NCBI GenBank assembly: GCA_013239625.1 | Contig: MU053520.1 | Span: 124,001 to 188,000 of the forward strand | Source of the DNA: Lama guanicoe | Taxonomy: Eukaryota | Reading direction: 5' to 3' | DNA: 64,000 nt | In this document: positions 13,351 to 27,495 of the stretch, one piece after another | Layout: each line of letters starts with the position of its first letter | How positions within the stretch are numbered: position 1 is the stretch's first letter | Made by a program: the position numbers and the translations under genes | The notes under the pieces: model-generated | Seen by the model: only the letters and a program-made list of their open reading frames with translations | Told to the model about the DNA's origin: nothing | The model's database searches: none

Positions 13351-15279
13351 AGTTGAATCTTCTCACTTAACATCTGGATTATATTATCTCCCTATCTCAA
13401 GCACTTCACTTACTTTAAAACGAATTCTCTCATTTTCTAATATTTTTGACTTCTTCCTATTTTATAAGCTCCATCCCATAAGCACATAGGCTGGTCCAAA
13501 ATCCAACCAGTTGTAAACACACGTCCCTTCCTAAACCCTCTAAATTCAGCCACCACCCTTTTGACTCCCCTGTTTCCTCTTTCTCATCTTCCATTCATTC
13601 CTCAAAGAAATTCATTCTGGTTTCCAATCCTCTCACTCTATTGAATCTACTCTACTTAATATTGCCAATTTTACCATTGTTGCTAAATAACTTAACAGTT
13701 TTTTGACTCTTTTTTTTTTCTATTACTAGCTTTTGACACTCAACCACTTCTTTATCTCAAGATATCACTATTCTTTGGACATTCCTTCCCCTACTAGTGT
13801 TCTCCATCTCTTTGTCTTACTTCTCTGAGCTATTTTCAATTTCCTTTGCAAGCTCCAAACTAATATTCTAATTTCATTTTAAAATTTTCTTTTATTATTA
13901 AATATTCTATCCAATAAAATAATGTGTTCTCCATATATCTTTCTCTCTCCTAGTAAGGTTAGATGCCATTCTATTTTTTGTGATTATTGCTGGTTTTTTA
14001 TTATAGTTTTTCTGTATATGTATGTATCCCTAACAACATGTCAAAAGTTTTGCATATTTTTAATTTTAAATTGATGACAGTATACAATATGTGTTCTTCT
14101 CTTTTCCCTCCCCAAAATATTGATCAGATTCATACATGTTGAAGCTAAATTAATTTTTTAATTTTATGTTATTGAAGTTTCATACATTATTACTTTTCTT
14201 ATAGATAAACACTTGGATTTATTCATATTTCTTTTTCTTTTACAAACAAGGCTGCTATGAATGCTCTTATACATGTCTTCTGGTACAAATTTATGCACAC
14301 TTATTTAGGTACATGTTTAGAACTACAACTGTGAAATCATATGACATGAATACTTTTAACTTTGTGAAAAAATTCTAAATGTTTAAATTAAATTGTACCA
14401 ATTTTCATTATGTAAAAATTCCTGTTGTTCTGTTGTTCTATATTCTAATCAACACTTGGAGTTCTCTGACTTTTTGATCTTTGTCAATCCATGGTTGTTC
14501 TTCCTATATCTTAAATTCTAGTATTTTTACTAATCATTAAAAAAAATCATTCTGACATTTTTCTAAGGTAATAAAGTCCTCTCTCAATGCTACACTTACC
14601 ACTTATATTTTATGACTTATAAATGCATATTTTCATCTCAGACTTTCCTGCTCTAAGTTTTATATCCATTTCTAATTGCTGATATCAATTTCCAATTGTT
14701 TTACTTGGATATATCACAATCAATAAAAGTTCATTGTGTCCAAAAATGAAAATCATCTCTCTTACTATAATTGTTCTTCCTACAGTCCCTAACTCAATAA
14801 ATTGTGCCACCAAACAGCAAGTCACCTAAGTAAAAAATCTGAACATAATCTTAAATTGCTTCTCTCCTTAACCAACTGCATACACTCAATCACTGTCCTG
14901 TTTGTCTGTCTGTAACTGATTTCCCTAATTCATTTACTTCTCTACATCCCTGCTACTTTTCTATATCCCTGCTGAAAATGCTCTACTTTCAGGCATAAAT
15001 AACTCTGAGATGTCAGAGGATCATAATAAGGACACTGAGGAAGGACACCTAGGTAGACAATGTGTCCTACTCACCTCCTAATGGAAAAAAAAGTTCCATT
15101 ACTGTTATAAACACAAAAAAACCTGAGGAAAATTATAGAAGATTAGCTATATAGTTTTGTGTCATCCACACTTATACACTACACCCATCACTGCTCATAA
15201 CTAAAATATTTATTCTCTAAAACAAATGATTATATTCAGATAACATGGCAAACTATAGTTTCAACAAGTATGAATCTGG

Positions 15280-18200
15280 TCAAAAAGTACAAAGAAGAAA
15301 CAAAATCAACTGGAAAACAAAGTTAAAAATGTCAATAAACACACATCTATCAATAATTACCATGAATGTCATTGGAATAAATGATCCAATCAAAAGACAT
15401 ATAGTGGCAAATTGGATAATAAAATAAAAGCCTATGGTAGGTTGCCTATAAGAGACTCACTTTAGGATGAAAGGCATAGACTGAAAGTGAGATGATGTAA
15501 AAAGGTATTTCATGCAAATGGAAATGACAAGAAAGGGAGAGTAGCAATACTCATATCAGACAAAAGAGACTATAAAACAAAGACCATAAAGAAAGATAAA
15601 GAAGGACAATATATAATGATCAAAGGAGCAATAAAGAGGATATTATACTTGGTAATATATATGCAACCAATATAAGAGTACCTAAATACATAAAACAAAT
15701 ACTAACAGACATAAATTAATAAATTGTGCAATAATAGTAGGAGACATTATCACCCCACTAATGTCAACAGACTTATCTTCCAGACAGAAACTCAATAAGG
15801 CAATGGAAATACTCATAACACAATAGAACAGTTAGACTTAATTGATATTTTGAGAACATTACACCTAAAAGGACAAACATAAACAAGCAAGATAAATTCC
15901 TCCTGAATATACATTCTTTTCAAGTGCACATGGAACATTCTCGAAGACAGACCACATACTCAGACTTAAAAGAAGCCTTGACAAGTTTAAGAGGATAAAA
16001 ATAATTTCAAACATCTTTTCTGATCACAATGCCATAAAAATAGAAATTAATCTCAGGAGACATGAGGAAAAAAAAAACTGGGTGGAGACTAAACAACACA
16101 CTACTAAAAAACAAATGAGTCAAACATAAAATCAAAGAGGAAATTAAAAAATACCTCAAGACAAATGACAATGAAAATACAACCACACAAACCCATGGGA
16201 TGCAGCAAAAGCAGTCTGAGGAGGGAAATTCATAGTGATACAGGCTTTCTTCAAAACATAAAAATAATCTCAATAAACAACTTAACATACCATCTAAAAG
16301 AATGAGAAAAAGAACAAACAAGACCTAAGCTCTTTTTTTTTTTGAATGAATAAACAAAACTGAGAAACTTCTGGCCAGGCTCACCAAAAAGAAAAGAGAA
16401 AAGATGTAAATAAGCAAAATAAGAAATTAAAACCAACACCACAGACATATTTAAAAAATAAGAGAATACTATGAACAATTATATGGCAACAAGTTGGACA
16501 GCTAGAAGAAATGGAGAAGTTTCTAGAAACATACAGTTCACAAAACCTGAATCAAAAAGAAATAGATAATTTGAGCAGATCAATCACTAGAAGTGAAATA
16601 GAATCAGTAATAAAAAACCTTCCTGAAAACAAAAGTCCAGGACAAATTTGCTTCACTTAGGAATTCTATCAAATATACAAAGTTATACAAATCTTTCTCA
16701 AACTCTTCCAAAGGATTGAAGAGGAGGGAACACTCCCAAACTCATTCTGTGAAGCCACCATCACCCTGACACCAAAACTACAAAAAGACACTATCAAAAA
16801 AGAAACTTACTGGCCAATATTCCTGATGAATATAGATGCAAGAATTCTCAACAAAATATTAGCAGACAGAATCCAACAACAGAGCAAAAGATGATATACT
16901 ATGATTAAGCTGGATTCATTCCAGGGACTCAACAATGGGTTAACATATGCAAATCAATCAATGTAATACACCACATCAACAAGAGAAAGAACAAAAATCA
17001 CACGATTAGCTCAACAGATGCAGAAAAATCATTTGATAAAATTCAACACCCATTCATGATAAATGCTCTTACCAAAGTGGGTAAGATGGAACATACCACC
17101 ACATAATAAAAGCTACTTATGACAATCACACAGCCAACATAATACTTTACAGTAAGAAACTGAAAGCTTTCCCACTAAAATCTGGAACATGACAAGGATG
17201 CCCACTTTCACCATTTTTATTCAGTATAGTATTAAAAGTCCTAGCCATAGAAATCTGACAAGAAAAAGAGATAAAAAATGATTCAAATTTGAAGAGAAGA
17301 GGTAAAATTGTCACTATAGGTGGATAACATGTATGTAGAAAACACTAAAGACTCCACACAAAAACTGCTAGATCTGAAAACATATTCAGTAAGAGACAAA
17401 ATCCCAATGTTAAAGCAATACCAAAGGAAAAAATCAAAGCTGGAGGAATAAACCTCCCAGACTTTAAACAATTCTACAAAGCTACAGTAATCAAAACAGC
17501 ATGATATTAGCACAAAAAGCAGACATATGGTCAATGGAATAGAATAGAGATCCCAGAAATAAACTCACACAATTGGGTTAATAAGGTCAATTAATCGTTG
17601 GCAAAGAAGGCAAGAGTACACAATGAGGAAAGATAGTCTCTTTAAAAAGTGGTATTGGGAAAGCTGGACAGCCACATGTACATGAGTAAAATTAGAACAG
17701 TCCTCTTCATACACAAAAATAAACTCAAAATGGCTCAAAGACTTAAACATAAGATCAGATGTCATAAAACTAGAAGAGAACATAGGGCAAACATTATCTG
17801 ATATAAATCATAGCAATGTTCTCCTAGGGCAGTCTACCCAAGCAATAGAAATAAAAGCAAAAATAAGCAAATGGGGCCTAATTAGACTTATAAGGTTTTG
17901 CACAGCAAAGAAAAACATAAAAACAAACAAACAAAAAACAACCTACAGAATGGGAGAAAATATTTGCAAATAATGCAACTAACTAATTTACAGAATATAC
18001 AAACAACTCATACAACTCAACAACTATAAAGAAAAATGAAAAATGAGCAGAACACCTAAACAGACATTCCTCCAATGAAGACATACAGATGGCAAATAAA
18101 CACATGAAAAGTTGTTCAACATTGCTAATTATCAGATAAATGCAAATCAAAACTACAATAGGTATCAACTTACACCAGTCAGAATGGCCTTCATTAAAAA

Positions 18201-18780
18201 GTCCACACATGATTAATGTTGGAGAGGGTGTGGAAAAAGGGAACCCTCCTACACTGTTGATGGGAATGTAATTTGGTGCAATCTCCAGTGTGGAGATTAT
18301 TTTAAAAACTTATAATAGACTTACCCTATGATCCAGCAATTCCACTCTTGGACATATATCCAGAGAAAATTCTAATTCAAAAAGATATATGCACCCCAAT
18401 GTTCATAGCAGAACTTTTTATAATAACCAAGACATGAAAACAACCTATATGTCTATTGGCAGATGACTGGATAAAGAAGTTTTGGTATATAATTGGATAT
18501 ATATTCAGCCATAAAAATAATAAAATAATGCCATCTGCAGCAGCATGGATAGACCTGGAGATCATCATACTATGTAAAGAAAGCCAGAAAGATAAAGAAA
18601 AATGCCATATGATATCACTTATATATGAAATCTTAAAAAACAAAAATAGACACAAGTGAACTTATTTACAAAACTGAGACAAACTCACAGACACAGAAAA
18701 CAAACTTATGGTTACCAAGGGGGAAAGGGAGGGATAAATTGGGACTTCAGGACTTGTAGATATTAAGTACTAATAAAATA
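15280..18780 (+). mobile_element. L1 ORF2 (endonuclease-RT) relic with an internal deletion near 17395
   Basis: LSIITMNVIG..PIKRH, GDxxTPL, QGCPLSP and MPSAAAWIDLEIIIL motifs; many stops. Confidence 0.95.
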
Positions 18781-18877
18781 ATTGTTAGATTTCTTCTATA
18801 ATTAAAAGTCTCATTTGAATACACTTTCACCTGACTCTCCTAGCCTGCTTTTCAAGAACTAGATATTATATTCCTAG

Positions 18878-21819
18878 GAAAGGAATGGTACATTCTGATG
18901 CTAAGGAGAATCTACTGTTTTACGGATGATTTCTCCTAAAGAGACGCACCCTTGGTTAAGTCAACCTTCAAAAGTCGTCATTTACTTGAAGAATCTTATC
19001 ATATCCCCGTTGCCTCAGTCAGAACTTTAACTTAAGGAACAAGTAACATATTTGGATAGAGAAACTTTCTGACTTTGATTAGGTAAGTAAAGATAACCTG
19101 ATTTATAATTTTGAAAACATTTTAAATTCTAAATCATATAATCACTAGATTTTTTTGAATTATCTAGTTCTAGATTTAAAACTATCAGTTTTTTTTAAAT
19201 AGAATAGCTCAGTGTGAATATTAAATTGAAAACATAAGGAAAAGCATTCTCAAAGGGTAGAAAACAGTGATAAATTCTTATAACATATTCTATAGCTCAT
19301 TGCAATATAAACAAGGCAGGCTGTCAAGCTTCTATGTAAAATCTGATACCACAAGCTAATACCAACAAAACTCTGATGTTCAGCCTGACCTGTTCTGGCT
19401 ATTAAAGTGGAAGAATAGTGATGATGAGGCATTTTTTGCCTTTTGTTCCTCCTAAGATATGGAGCATCTTTAAAGAAGTAGGTATGTGTATATTAGGGTA
19501 TTTCATTACATTTCCTTGGAATAAAATGTGATCTTTTTTCACACTAGGGGTTTATTCACTGAAAGAGTAAGTGCCATATTCCTTTGACTTTATTTTTCCT
19601 TAAAATCAATTATTCTATGTTTGATTTATCCTCCAAATTGTGGAAGAAGATTAATGATGCAGTTATCTTTCTTTGTAATTGAATGACTGTGATGGCAAAC
19701 CACAGAGACATACTGATTTCCCAAACTTTCTAAATAAATACCCCCTCTCACCAATCTCAATACCTACATTGTTCCCTAGAAACTTAATAACACAGTGGTC
19801 TCTTAACCAATAACTGAGGAAGGCCACGTTGATATTCACTGATCCCAGACTTCTCTTACAAAAATAAATTTTCCTTTTTTATTCCTATATTACCTTCATT
19901 TTTTGCAGATTATTCACACCTCACACTCTCTACCATATCACATTAGACCCGTCAAAGATTCCTTTTCTTCCCTGCTTTCACCTCTGCATTCAGAACTTGC
20001 ATACTCAAACCATGGAACTAATTCTTTCACACAAGGTTGCAAATATATCCAATATGTAGGATGACTATATATCATGTAAATGTGGGCCATTTTGAGATTA
20101 AATGAGAGTGTTAACCAAATGGGATACTAGGACAAGAGGCATAAAGTGACATTATCCAAGAGCATGGGACATATGGTCAGACTACTCATAAAACTTAATG
20201 CAATACTTTCCTCTAAGGAAATGAAAATTTAATGTGGGGAAAGCTTAAATAAAAAAAAATTTCTAATCACTGAATTTCAGCTACTAACCAGTGTGTATGA
20301 AGTTTGAAAACCAAAGGAGATCTTCCCTGAACTACTTAAATAGTGTTTATATTTTTCATCTCCAGCCCTTCATCTTTTGAGAAACATTAGCGTTACAGTT
20401 AGTAACAGATATAATCAAAATTGCTTTCATATGCATAGTGCTTTAACATTTTACCATAATATAATAGCTATTATCTTACACCCATAAGGACTCTATTGCA
20501 CTTGTGCAGATTACATTTCTCCTTTTCTAAGTGAGAACCTCAAGTCAAAACTCAAACCTGGGTTGCCATTTATTTATCTCTCCATCATATGGAAATAAAA
20601 AAAGCATACTGACCACTTGCATTCTGTGAGTTCTGTCAAACTCACTGCTTAGTATTAAAATAAAAATGATGAAATCTCTTCTTTTCGGTTGCTTATTGTC
20701 TAATGGAAAGAGATATACAGGTATTACATACATACTTGCTTTTTCTATCCATTAGGCTTTGTATTAAAGCATAGCAAACCATTTTCCCTCTAAGGCTGTG
20801 TATGGCAACTGCCCATATTTATCAATGGCTTCATATAAAATTTTTGGAACTCTTTGACACAGCTGTGTTTGTTGTTGTTGCCATTGTTAACTTTTGTGTT
20901 GTTCCCTTAGAAATTGAGCAAGAAGCCCTTTCTATGATGCAGAAAAATAAAGTGAGTTTCTGAATGCATTCCTCTCTAAATGTGATAGCTCTGATTAGAG
21001 ACTGATGGACAGGTGACCAAGGTATTGATGTGATGTCTCATGAGTGTGATTGATCCAAAAGGAATAAAAGCACAAGATGAACAAAAGTTGCAACCTTAGA
21101 AGTCTACAGATGTATACAAGGTAAGTTAAATTAGGTCATGAGGAACAAAAATCAGGTGGCTCCAGAGTAGGGAAAATTATTTTCATGAGCATTTCAGGCA
21201 GTATTTTTAATTGATTCTATATGGGTCAGCTTGGTTTAAGGACTCTTACAACTTCTTTATAGTAATGAACCACAGGGAACTGTTCAGAATAATCTTGGTC
21301 ATTTGTACTCAAAAAATGAATATCATTTTGTGATGATTTGGCATCATTGACATCACCCAAGTGCTTGTTGGAAATACAGAATCTCAAGGCTAACCTCAGA
21401 CCTAAATGACTCACAATCTACAATTTATCAAGATGCCCAGGTGATTCCTGTACATATCAAACTTTAAGAACCACCTCTGTGATAGACTGTTTATACATTC
21501 TCAGATCATATTTTAAGGATTATAAGTTTTGAAAAGAGCTTTTCAGTAAATCTGTTCCAGGTTTAAATAACACAGTAGTTTGTATAGAAAGTTGCTTGAA
21601 TTTCTGGACACAACAAAGGAAACTCTTCCAATGGCTTACTTTGTCTCTGAGCACAATGGATAATTGCCAATCTTCTGTTCTGATGAGTGCCAAGTAGGTC
21701 TGACCTCCATTCCATCTAGTGTAGATTTCAGTTCCTCTTCCAAACATGCATGCCCAGTGGAAGCAACTAGTGAGATGATTTGCTGTTTTACTCTGAGAGA
21801 TTCCAGCTATTTTCCTCAC
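18878..21819 (+). pseudogene. Relic exons 18878-19082, 20911-21120 and 21518-21819 (AAA1/AAA2 region)
   Basis: gtaagt donors at 19083 and 21121; phase-1 join LKEQVTYLDRETF*L*L|EIEQEAL; VIDPK (LIDPQ); LLEFLD (LLPFLD); HACPVE (HLYIVE). Confidence 0.75.
21305..21478. mobile_element. MER5A-like element
   Basis: gcttgttggaaatacagaatctca...caggtgattcctgtacat..tttaagaaccac. Confidence 0.65.
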
Positions 21820-22912
21820 GTACTTACAGATTCATCATGGACAAAATATTAACTGGGACGTCTTGTACTGCCATATTCTCAAACTTTTAATAAAAAAGTG
21901 GTGGGAAAGGACCATTTTGGAACTCTTTGACACAGCTGTGTTTGTTGTTGTTGCTTGTTTGAGTGAAAAGGATATCCTTTGGGTAACTTGATAGGTTCCA
22001 GTATTTAAGAAAATTGCTCAGAGAAAGGGATTTAAGGTCAATGACTTCTTAAGACCCTACAATTCATTGAGTCTCCAAATGCAGCATAATGTCAAAGGCA
22101 AGATTAATAAATTAGACAATCAATGATTTTCTTCTTTACTTTTAAATCTATGAGCTGTCTGACTTGAACAAGTTACTTAACATCTCCAAGTTTCCATTTT
22201 ATCCTTTATACAAAGAAAATAATTATACTTACTTTGAAGGAGATGTGTCAGATGTAATGAGAAGAAGTATATAAAATACCTAGCATTATGCTTAGTACCT
22301 GTTTAGCCCTTTGTACATGTCAGATTTCTTCATTTATTGTTATCTTATTTCCATAAACTGATAACGTGTGAAGGAAAAGCCACTAAGCTGTTCATTTTCT
22401 TATTGTATCATCATGGAAAACACAAACATCCAGAGAAAAGAAATTGCATGAATGGAATAAAAATTACATTTTAAACATGATGGTATCATATATTCAAACA
22501 ATAGCATTAGAATCTGATAAGCTGGGAGCCCATGATAGCACTATCCTTAAGTTCTGGGCTGTGAAAATGCATAATATACTATCTTACGAGGATTCAAAAT
22601 AGCCCCAGACACATCTGTAATGTACATATCATTTATATCCACTCCGTCATCTACTCTGAGCCTTCTCTTTCCCAAGAAGGTCCCGCAGATTGTGGCCTTC
22701 CCTCCTGTAGCATTTCTGTCCCCTGCCACTCTGCCATATTCACATATCATGCACCAGATTTTGTTTCTCTCCATTTCCTTTCCTTTGTCAAAATTACTTA
22801 TCTTGTGCCCCTCTTATATATTGTTGTTTTCATTTATAAAGATATGTATTAAAACAAAATAATTCCTATTCATGGTAGTGAATAAAGAATATCTTTACCT
22901 TTATCTTGATAG

Positions 22913-25099
22913 TGCTATTTTAGTCCCCCAAAGGGTGACTTGAATGCTGTCCATATTTGGCAAAAGCATGAGAGGGAAGATACTGAGGGAGGGGACTAGC
23001 AGGAAAGCTTCTAGCTTTTCTTTGATCACAGTCTGTTTATGTGCAGAGTTTGTGTATATGATCCAGTATTTACTGATGAAATATTTAAGTACTTTCAGAT
23101 CTGTAATGTTTTCTCCTGAAACCAAATTCTTCCCAGTGCTCATAAATACTTACTTTTATCAAGTTTTTTCTCCATGAAAAATGTTATTCTAAATGATTCA
23201 AGAGACATACTCAAGTAGTATAGTCTTTTTTTAAGAGGTTGTAAAGATGAGATAATATGGTAAATGGTATAGCAGAGGAGATGATTAGAATATGCTTATG
23301 AATTTTGTTCACACTTAAAGAATAATTCCAAGCAAGAAAGAAATTGAACCTTAAAGGGGATCTAAAGCCATTTTAGCCAAAACTGAGTAGATAAATAAAT
23401 TTTTCTTTACCAAATATATACCAAAGGATGGCTATGCAGCCAGTTTGAAGTGTCAATCTAGGCCTTATGCCACACACAAAAAAGCATTCTATTCTTATTA
23501 TCAGCCCATTCTTTCATTCTGTTCTTGATTGAGAAAGAAAGTGGTCTTCTAAAACTTCATAGGAAGATTTTAGTACCCTTTACTTTGGAACTGCTTTGAA
23601 ATGGGATGTTCCTTTTACTATTTATGGAATTTGGAAAAAAAAACATAAGATAGAGAGATAACCACAATAATAACTCAATCCTGATTATTTGAAAAGTTGA
23701 GAGTTTTGAGTTAATAATGTCTTCTAAGCAATGCCCTTAAATCTTCTTAAAGTGATGTTCCTGTTGAAACCACTTCAAGGATAAATTTATCATGCATATC
23801 TCTGTAGTCCAGCATCTGTTGTTTGAATGAGTGATTCAAGCTCACCAAAGCCATCATTCTTCCTATGTCATTCACCAATATCCTTTACACCAACTCACTC
23901 ATTACTTACTGAGAACGTAGCACACAGCTTGCTGGGCCTGATCAAAATGTTGCAGATTTTCCAATATTTCAGGCATCAAATCTTTGCATTGAACCTTGAG
24001 TTTTGTTCTACCAGAACTGTCAAGATTATATGTTTACATAGAATGTGTTTACTAACATTAACTTTCCCCTTGCCATACTGTCACTGGAACCCCCATCAAT
24101 AAGAATAGGTCTCTTAATTGAAATTTCAGGTATGAATTTTAATGATTCATATGGAAATAAAATATTTTAGGTAGAAAACTTATAGATAGTATTGTTTTTC
24201 CTGATACATAAAAATTATATCAGTTCTCTGCTTCTGAATGACTTTTGTAAGGTAGACTCAGGAGAAAATAAGTCAAATCTATTATAAGATTCCAGTTTCT
24301 GGCAAGAGGTCTTGGAGAGTAAGCTAAAATAAATCTAAAAGAAATATGGTAGGTCAGATGTGCAATAATGAGATAGGAGGGGAGAAGGCAGGGCACAGCA
24401 ATTGAAGGAATGACACAGCAAATGAGAACAAGGTGGTTAGAACTGAGATGTTGGAAGACTTGACTTCCAGTGGACCTTGAGCCTCATGGCACACCCACAG
24501 ACGATCTGACATTTCCTAGGCTGACCATGGAATGTCAAAAAGCGGGTGGAGGTCCAATTCCTGGAAATTCTCACCCCTTCCCCAAGCAATTGGAGTAATT
24601 TTCCTACTCCTTAGCATATGAAATTATGGAACCCATAAAAACTAACAACCCCTCCCCTTGTGGTTGCTCTCTCTCTCGCCTTCTGAGATGGCCTGCACTG
24701 TGTCTATGGAGTGCGGATCTAGTTTAAACTAAACATCCCCATACCTCATAGCCTCTCTCCCGCTTGCCTTTTGAAACGACCTGCATTCTGCCTATGGAAT
24801 GTGTATCTTCTAAGCCACTCTCCCTTCTGAGTGAGATGGACCACACTCTGTCTATGGAATGTGCATGTCCCTAAATGAACTTACTTTCACTTTACTATAT
24901 TTCGCTCTTAAATTCTTTCCTGCATAAGACAAGAACCTATTCTACAGTAACAGTAATTTGGCCAGGTTTATGTAGAAGAATTATTGAATGTGACAATTCT
25001 TTTATTCTGAATTTCATCTTTGCCCCACATCAAACTTCTATTTTAATCATACCTTGAGTTAGGATCACTAGAAATATTGAGAAGATGTTGGAGTACTCT
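22913..25099 (+). pseudogene. Relic exons 22913-23102, 23808-~24129 and 24966-25099
   Basis: CYFSPPK..REDTEGGD*QESF; FQHLLFE; PPSIRI (TPSLHT); FIFAPHQTS (YVFFNDDHTT); phase-1 joins. Confidence 0.75.
24369..24952 (+). mobile_element. Solo ERV1-like LTR
   Basis: TGAGA...GTAACA ends, cataaaa box, internal near-repeats ctgtctatggaatgtg. Confidence 0.65.
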
Positions 25100-25434
25100 G
25101 TAATCTTTAATTACCCTTTATTTAATAGACTCAACTCAAAAGAATGATCAAGAGGCCTTAATGAATATTCATGGTTTTATTCATAGTTCATTCACTCATT
25201 AACCAAACAAATATTTGTTCACTACCTTCTAGAGTTAAAAAAAAAATGAGTGAGAAATAGGCCCTCCCTTCCAGAAGCTCACAATCTACCAGGAGTATTA
25301 AAGAGGTAGTCATATGATTCTAAGACAATTGATGATAAAAGTTAGAAATGGCAAATGGAGAGTGTGGCTAAGAATATATGCAACATATTCACTTGGACAT
25401 GAACACGTAGTCATAGTTAGGAAAAAAGTACCAG

Positions 25435-25865
25435 TGTTATTGAACACAAGTTTATGTGCCTATTGCACAGTGAGGCCAAATTGAAAGGTTGGAGGTTGGA
25501 GCAGAAAAGAGTTTACTGCAGGGCCAAGCAAAGAGAACAGGTAGCTAATACCTCAAAATCCCAAACTCCTCAAAGGATTTCAGCAAAATATTTTTAAAGG
25601 CAAGGTGAGGGAGGGGCATCCCAGGGTATGTGATCAGCTCCTGCATAATTCTCTGATTGGTTGATAGTGATCAGTCCTTGGGTACCAGAAGGTCTGCTGG
25701 CTGTGTTATTAATCATGAAATAGTTAATTTCTTCCATTTGGTGGTGGTTTCAGCATCTGAAAAAGTCAAGAAGCATGCCTCAGATACTATGATGTAGGTA
25801 CTTCAGAGAGGATATGGGGGAGGGGTCTTTCCTAGGAAGGTCCCATAGGATTCTGCTCAGTTCCA
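25435..25865. mobile_element. Solo ERV1-like LTR
   Basis: TG...CA ends with a 4-bp TSD CCAG on both sides. Confidence 0.75.
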
Positions 25866-26292
25866 CCAGAAGTTCAATTTGATCTGATTTTATGGGATAG
25901 TAACATGCATTTTTGCCTCTTCATTTGTCAGTAAACAGAAAGCTAGTATGTAGACATAAAAAAATTGGATTTTAATTGAGCAGGGTTAAATCTTGACTTT
26001 GCCATCTATAGACTGAGCTAATTTGGTTAAACCCAGTGTTTTTTGAAACTCAATTTCCTCATACACAAAATATATGAAATAATACTGATCTAAAATTCAG
26101 TTTTTATAAATAATGTGAAATAATAAGTATAAACATCTGGTACATGGAAATAATAATTTAAAGTGACAATAATAGTGACTACAAAAACAATAACAATCAA
26201 AAGAATAATAATTAGTGACTCACTTTTATTCAGAACTGAAGATATGCCAGGCACTTAGCTAAGAATTTTACATTCATGATCTTTAATACATG

Positions 26293-26899
26293 TGTTACTG
26301 TAGTGTAGGTTTTTGTCTCATACAGGAAAGAATTCAAGAGGGAGACACAGTAAAGTGAAAATAAGTTTATTTAGAGAGATACACACTCCACAGATGGAAT
26401 ATGGTCCTTCTCAGAAGGGAGAGTGGCCCCTGAGCATGGGGTTGCCTAGGAAAGTAAAAGGAGAACTACATTCCATAGTAAAGTGAAAGTAGACTTATTC
26501 AGGGAGATACACACTCCATAGACAGAGTTCAGGCCATCTCAGAAGGCAAAGGAGGTGGCCCCAGGGTCTGGGATTGTTAGTTTTTATGGGCTGGGCAATT
26601 TCATATGCTAATGAGTGGGAGGATTATTCCAACTGTTTTGGTGAAGGGGAAGGAATTTTCAGGAATTGGGTCCTTGTCCACTTCTTGGCTTTTTGTGTTC
26701 AGCCCGGGAACTGGTGCCTGCAGGAGTGCCATTTAGTATGCTAATATACTATAATGAGCCTATAATGAGGCTCAAAGTCTACTGGAAGTCAAATCTTCTG
26801 CCATATTTGGTCTAATTAGTTCTAATCACTTATGTCCTATCCTCAATAGCTATGTCATTCTTTCAATGATCATGCCTTGCCCCCTTCCCTCTTGTTTCA
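26293..26899. mobile_element. Solo ERV1-like LTR
   Basis: TGTTAC...TTTCA ends; internal duplicated unit gagatacacactcca. Confidence 0.7.
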
Positions 26900-27097
26900 T
26901 GTGTAAAAACACTCTTATCTCTATTTTAACAAGGCTTATAAAGATTAATTTATTTGTACAAAGTGAAATAGAATAACAATAATGGGCAACACATCGAGTA
27001 CTTATTAAGTGGCTGGCACTGTTTTAAGCCATTAGGTATGTGAATTCATATATTTCTCTCTATGAGACAGAATCTATAATTTTTCCTATTTTACAAG

Positions 27098-27495
27098 TGT
27101 CATGAGCTGTATTGTGCTCCCTCCATCAAATTTGTATGTTCAAGTTCTAAACTCTAATATCTTAGAATATGACTGTATCTGGAGATAGGAATTTTTAAAG
27201 ATTTATTAAGTTAAAATGAGGCCCTTGGAATGGGCCCTAATCTGACTAATATCCTTTAAGAAGAGGAAATTTTGATACAAAGAGATACACCAGGGGCATG
27301 TGCACACAGAAAATAGCTCACATGAGGACACAAAGAGAAGCCAGTTGCAAGCCAAGGACAGAGGCTTCAGAAGATGCCAAACCTGAAGACAATTTCATCA
27401 TGGACTTTCAGCCTCCAGGACTGTGAAAAATAAATTTCTGTTATACAAGCCACCCACTCTGTGATATTTTCTCATGGCAGCCCTATAGCAGCCCA
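27098..27495 (+). mobile_element. MLT1 (MaLR) LTR
   Basis: ttcagcctccaggactgtgaaaaataaatttctgtt..aagccaccca..atggcagccc. Confidence 0.8.
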
